This document shows positions 35,700-64,000 of a stretch of DNA of 64,000 bases, one piece after another (position 1 is the first letter of the stretch; the number at the start of each line of letters is the position of its first letter). Under the pieces are notes generated by a model that was given only the letters and a program-made list of their open reading frames with translations, did not search any database and had not been told where the DNA came from. The position numbers and the translations under genes are program-made. Origin of the DNA: Octopus vulgaris (lineage: Eukaryota); contig OX597824.1 in assembly GCA_951406725.2 (NCBI GenBank), positions 67,518,001 to 67,582,000 on the forward strand, read 5' to 3'.

Positions 35700-36200
35700 A
35701 ACATATGGTATAATTAAAAACAGGGCAAATTTTAGTAATTTCTCCGCAGACTGAAAAAACGATGAACAAACTTAATCGATTTTCGCACCTTATTGGGTTC
35801 ACATCAGATGTGTCTACATCATTCTGACAGTCTCCAGAGAAACAATCATCTAATCTGTTTATATACTCAACAAATGCATTAGTTACTCTATGAAAGATTC
35901 CCTAATTTGTATACTGAAAGTGTTTAACACTATAAATACCAGCGGCCTGTCAACGGGGATCTTAGTCCACACAGTATCACGGTGTGAAATAATATATATG
36001 TAACATATGACATAATTATAAACAGAGCAAAATTTAGTCATTTCTCCGCAGACTGAAAAAAAATTATGCACAACCTTAATCGATTTTCGAACCTTAGTGG
36101 GTTCTCATCAGAGGCGTCCACATCATTCTGACAGTCTTCAGAGAAACAAGTAGCCAAACTGTTTATATACTCAACAAATGCAGCAGTTACTCTATGAAGG
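35700..36200 (-). repeat. Two tandem copies (period ~304 bp) of a hammerhead-bearing unit
   Basis: 35700-35900 matches 36000-36200 (tttctccgcagactgaaaaaa..ttaatcgattttcg..catcattctgacagtct). Confidence 0.85.
36073..36115 (-). ncRNA. Type I hammerhead ribozyme motif, canonical core
   Basis: gcct-CTGATGA-gaacc cactaa ggttc-GAAA-ATCGAT-TA-aggt; palindromic AATCGATT. A degenerate tandem copy lies 304 nt away (~35769-35811). Confidence 0.8.
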
Positions 36201-36202
36201 AG

Positions 36203-36313
<111 letters not shown>

Positions 36314-37293
36314 AAGATGAACGGCTGTGTGTGTGTGTGGATTTATAGAAAGAAAGACAAGAGCGTCTACATAAAAACTAAAAGTTAATTCTTGAGTAAA
36401 ATCTTCCAAGGGAGACAATGGAAGTGATCCTGAGTCTCTAGGTGTTCCCCACCTAAGAGAGCTAGTGGCCCTTTTACAAATGTTGTACATTGCGCAGTCC
36501 CAACTAAAACAAAAAATTACCGCTCTAAGGTAGGTAACTAAATGGAAATTCTGGGAAAAACTAAAACCTGAAAATTATTCATGGGTTATTTTTTCATGCT
36601 TTACGATAGTTGATCTTCAATTCTCTACTTCATCATTCTATGTATAAGAAGCATGCTACTCACAGAGATAGATTGTTACTATGTATCCCTATTAGATATG
36701 TGTGTAGACTTTAATAGTATTATAATATTGCTTTTATTCTTTTTATATTTATATCTTCGAGCTACCAGCCTATTCATCTAAAGCTATGTGTATTTGGCCA
36801 AAACTCACCCGACAGTAAATCAAAGTTCCATAAATACTTAATATTCAAATTTATTTATTCATTCGAATTCTGAATGTTCAATAATTATATTCTTTGAATT
36901 AAAATCGCCGTTTTTTTTTCAACATTTATTAGCGAAGTCTCATATAAATTAATTTTTTGTTTTAATCTTAGAATTAAATGGTTTTTGATTTACTGTCAAG
37001 TAACTTTTGGCTAACCCTGTATATATATATATATATATATATAGTTTACTTTTTCGTTAAAGTATGATCAACCAAACAAGTATACCAACTGGTTAGAGAT
37101 AAATATTGTTTAATGTACACAGTACAGTACCTATATTTGTTTACTATATACGGTGCTAGGAAAAGTCTATAGATACACCGTGTAGTACATTATAGCATTG
37201 ATACAAAGTATTGTCAACGCATCAAGTAATTTATAAATGCAATATTGTATACATTTCTTACATGATATAAACTTTCAGTTCAATATCTTTGAA

Positions 37294-63028
<25,735 letters not shown>

Positions 63029-64000
63029 CTTGTTCTTTTCTGTCTTTGTTTTTTTTGTTTGGTTGTTTTTCGTGTTTGTTAAATATTACTTCTGAGTAGA
63101 AAGATAGTGGATGGCAGAATTGGTAGGAAGCCAGATAAAATGTTCCACTGGATAAAAATATGATGGTTTACATAAGTTCATACTGTGTCAGAACCAAGTT
63201 TAGGCAACTGAGAGATTAATACTTGTTAATCATACCTGCGGCATCATAATATAAATCCTAATTGAGTAGTCAAATCGATTCATTCAAGTGAGCCCTTGCA
63301 TGAAATCTGGAATGAATTTTACCAAAATTAATTATTTTTGTCCACATACAAGTTCTTTGATTTATATATAATATAACACAGGTAATTCCAGCTGGTAGAT
63401 TATAGTTGTATTCCTATGCACATGATTTCTTTAAAATATATTATCTAAAAAAAAAATAAATAAATAAAAAAAAATACGTGCTGCTGAATATAATTTCGAA
63501 ATTAACCTACACTACTTTTCAAAACTATGTACTCACATGTTTTTTAAAGTTATTTTGAAATTTAGCTCTGTATTTAAGTGTTTTTAGCTCTGTATTTAAG
63601 GTTACAAATCAGCTGTAACCCTAAAGGTAAGTAATTAAATATATTCACCTCTAATACGTCTTGACATTTTATGGTTTATGTACATATATATGTATGCATG
63701 TATTTATACCTATCTGTATGTGTGTGCGTGTTTAAATTTTGATTTGACTTGTTTATCAACAATGAAAAATGTTATCATAAAAATTATTTTACGTCTGCTG
63801 AATTGAATGTTATAAACTCAGGGGCATAATATATTGTAAATGGTATTTCGTTAATACTTTGAAATGTAAACCTTGTACCTTTATTGTCACTTTACAACAC
63901 CTGATTTTCCAGTTTTCCTTTCTATATTAACACTTCAAAACTATAAATCCACTAATACATTTTCATTTCTTTCCAGATTGTTTCGGGAAAATATCCGACT

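Overview
AT-rich, microsatellite-dense animal DNA. The repeat repertoire suggests an octopod cephalopod (inference). Almost the whole window is one old inverted duplication. Two intact 10-exon SLC22 (MFS organic-ion transporter) paralogues lie tail-to-tail: gene A (+, 4294-28684, 555 aa) and gene B (-, 63028-37294, 557 aa), with identical intron phases and homologous introns and flanks. The ~8.6 kb spacer holds a young chimeric retro-insertion on the - strand: an intronless, intact RPL32 cDNA (TOP-like start, AATAAA, A27 tail) joined directly to a 5'-truncated Penelope-like element (PLE; RT + GIY-YIG ORF, hammerhead-like 3' end, ending in (TA)n). This looks like template switching by a PLE reverse transcriptase onto a host mRNA. 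Introns and spacer also carry many type I hammerhead ribozyme motifs with palindromic loop III, long fold-back elements, and a head-to-head dimer of a tRNA-headed, hammerhead-tailed element. Other repeats include Dong/R4-like, Tx1-like and CR1-like LINE pieces, three tRNA-SINE families, and MULE, Tc1/mariner, Helitron and Gypsy remnants. All calls were made by eye, with no database searches.
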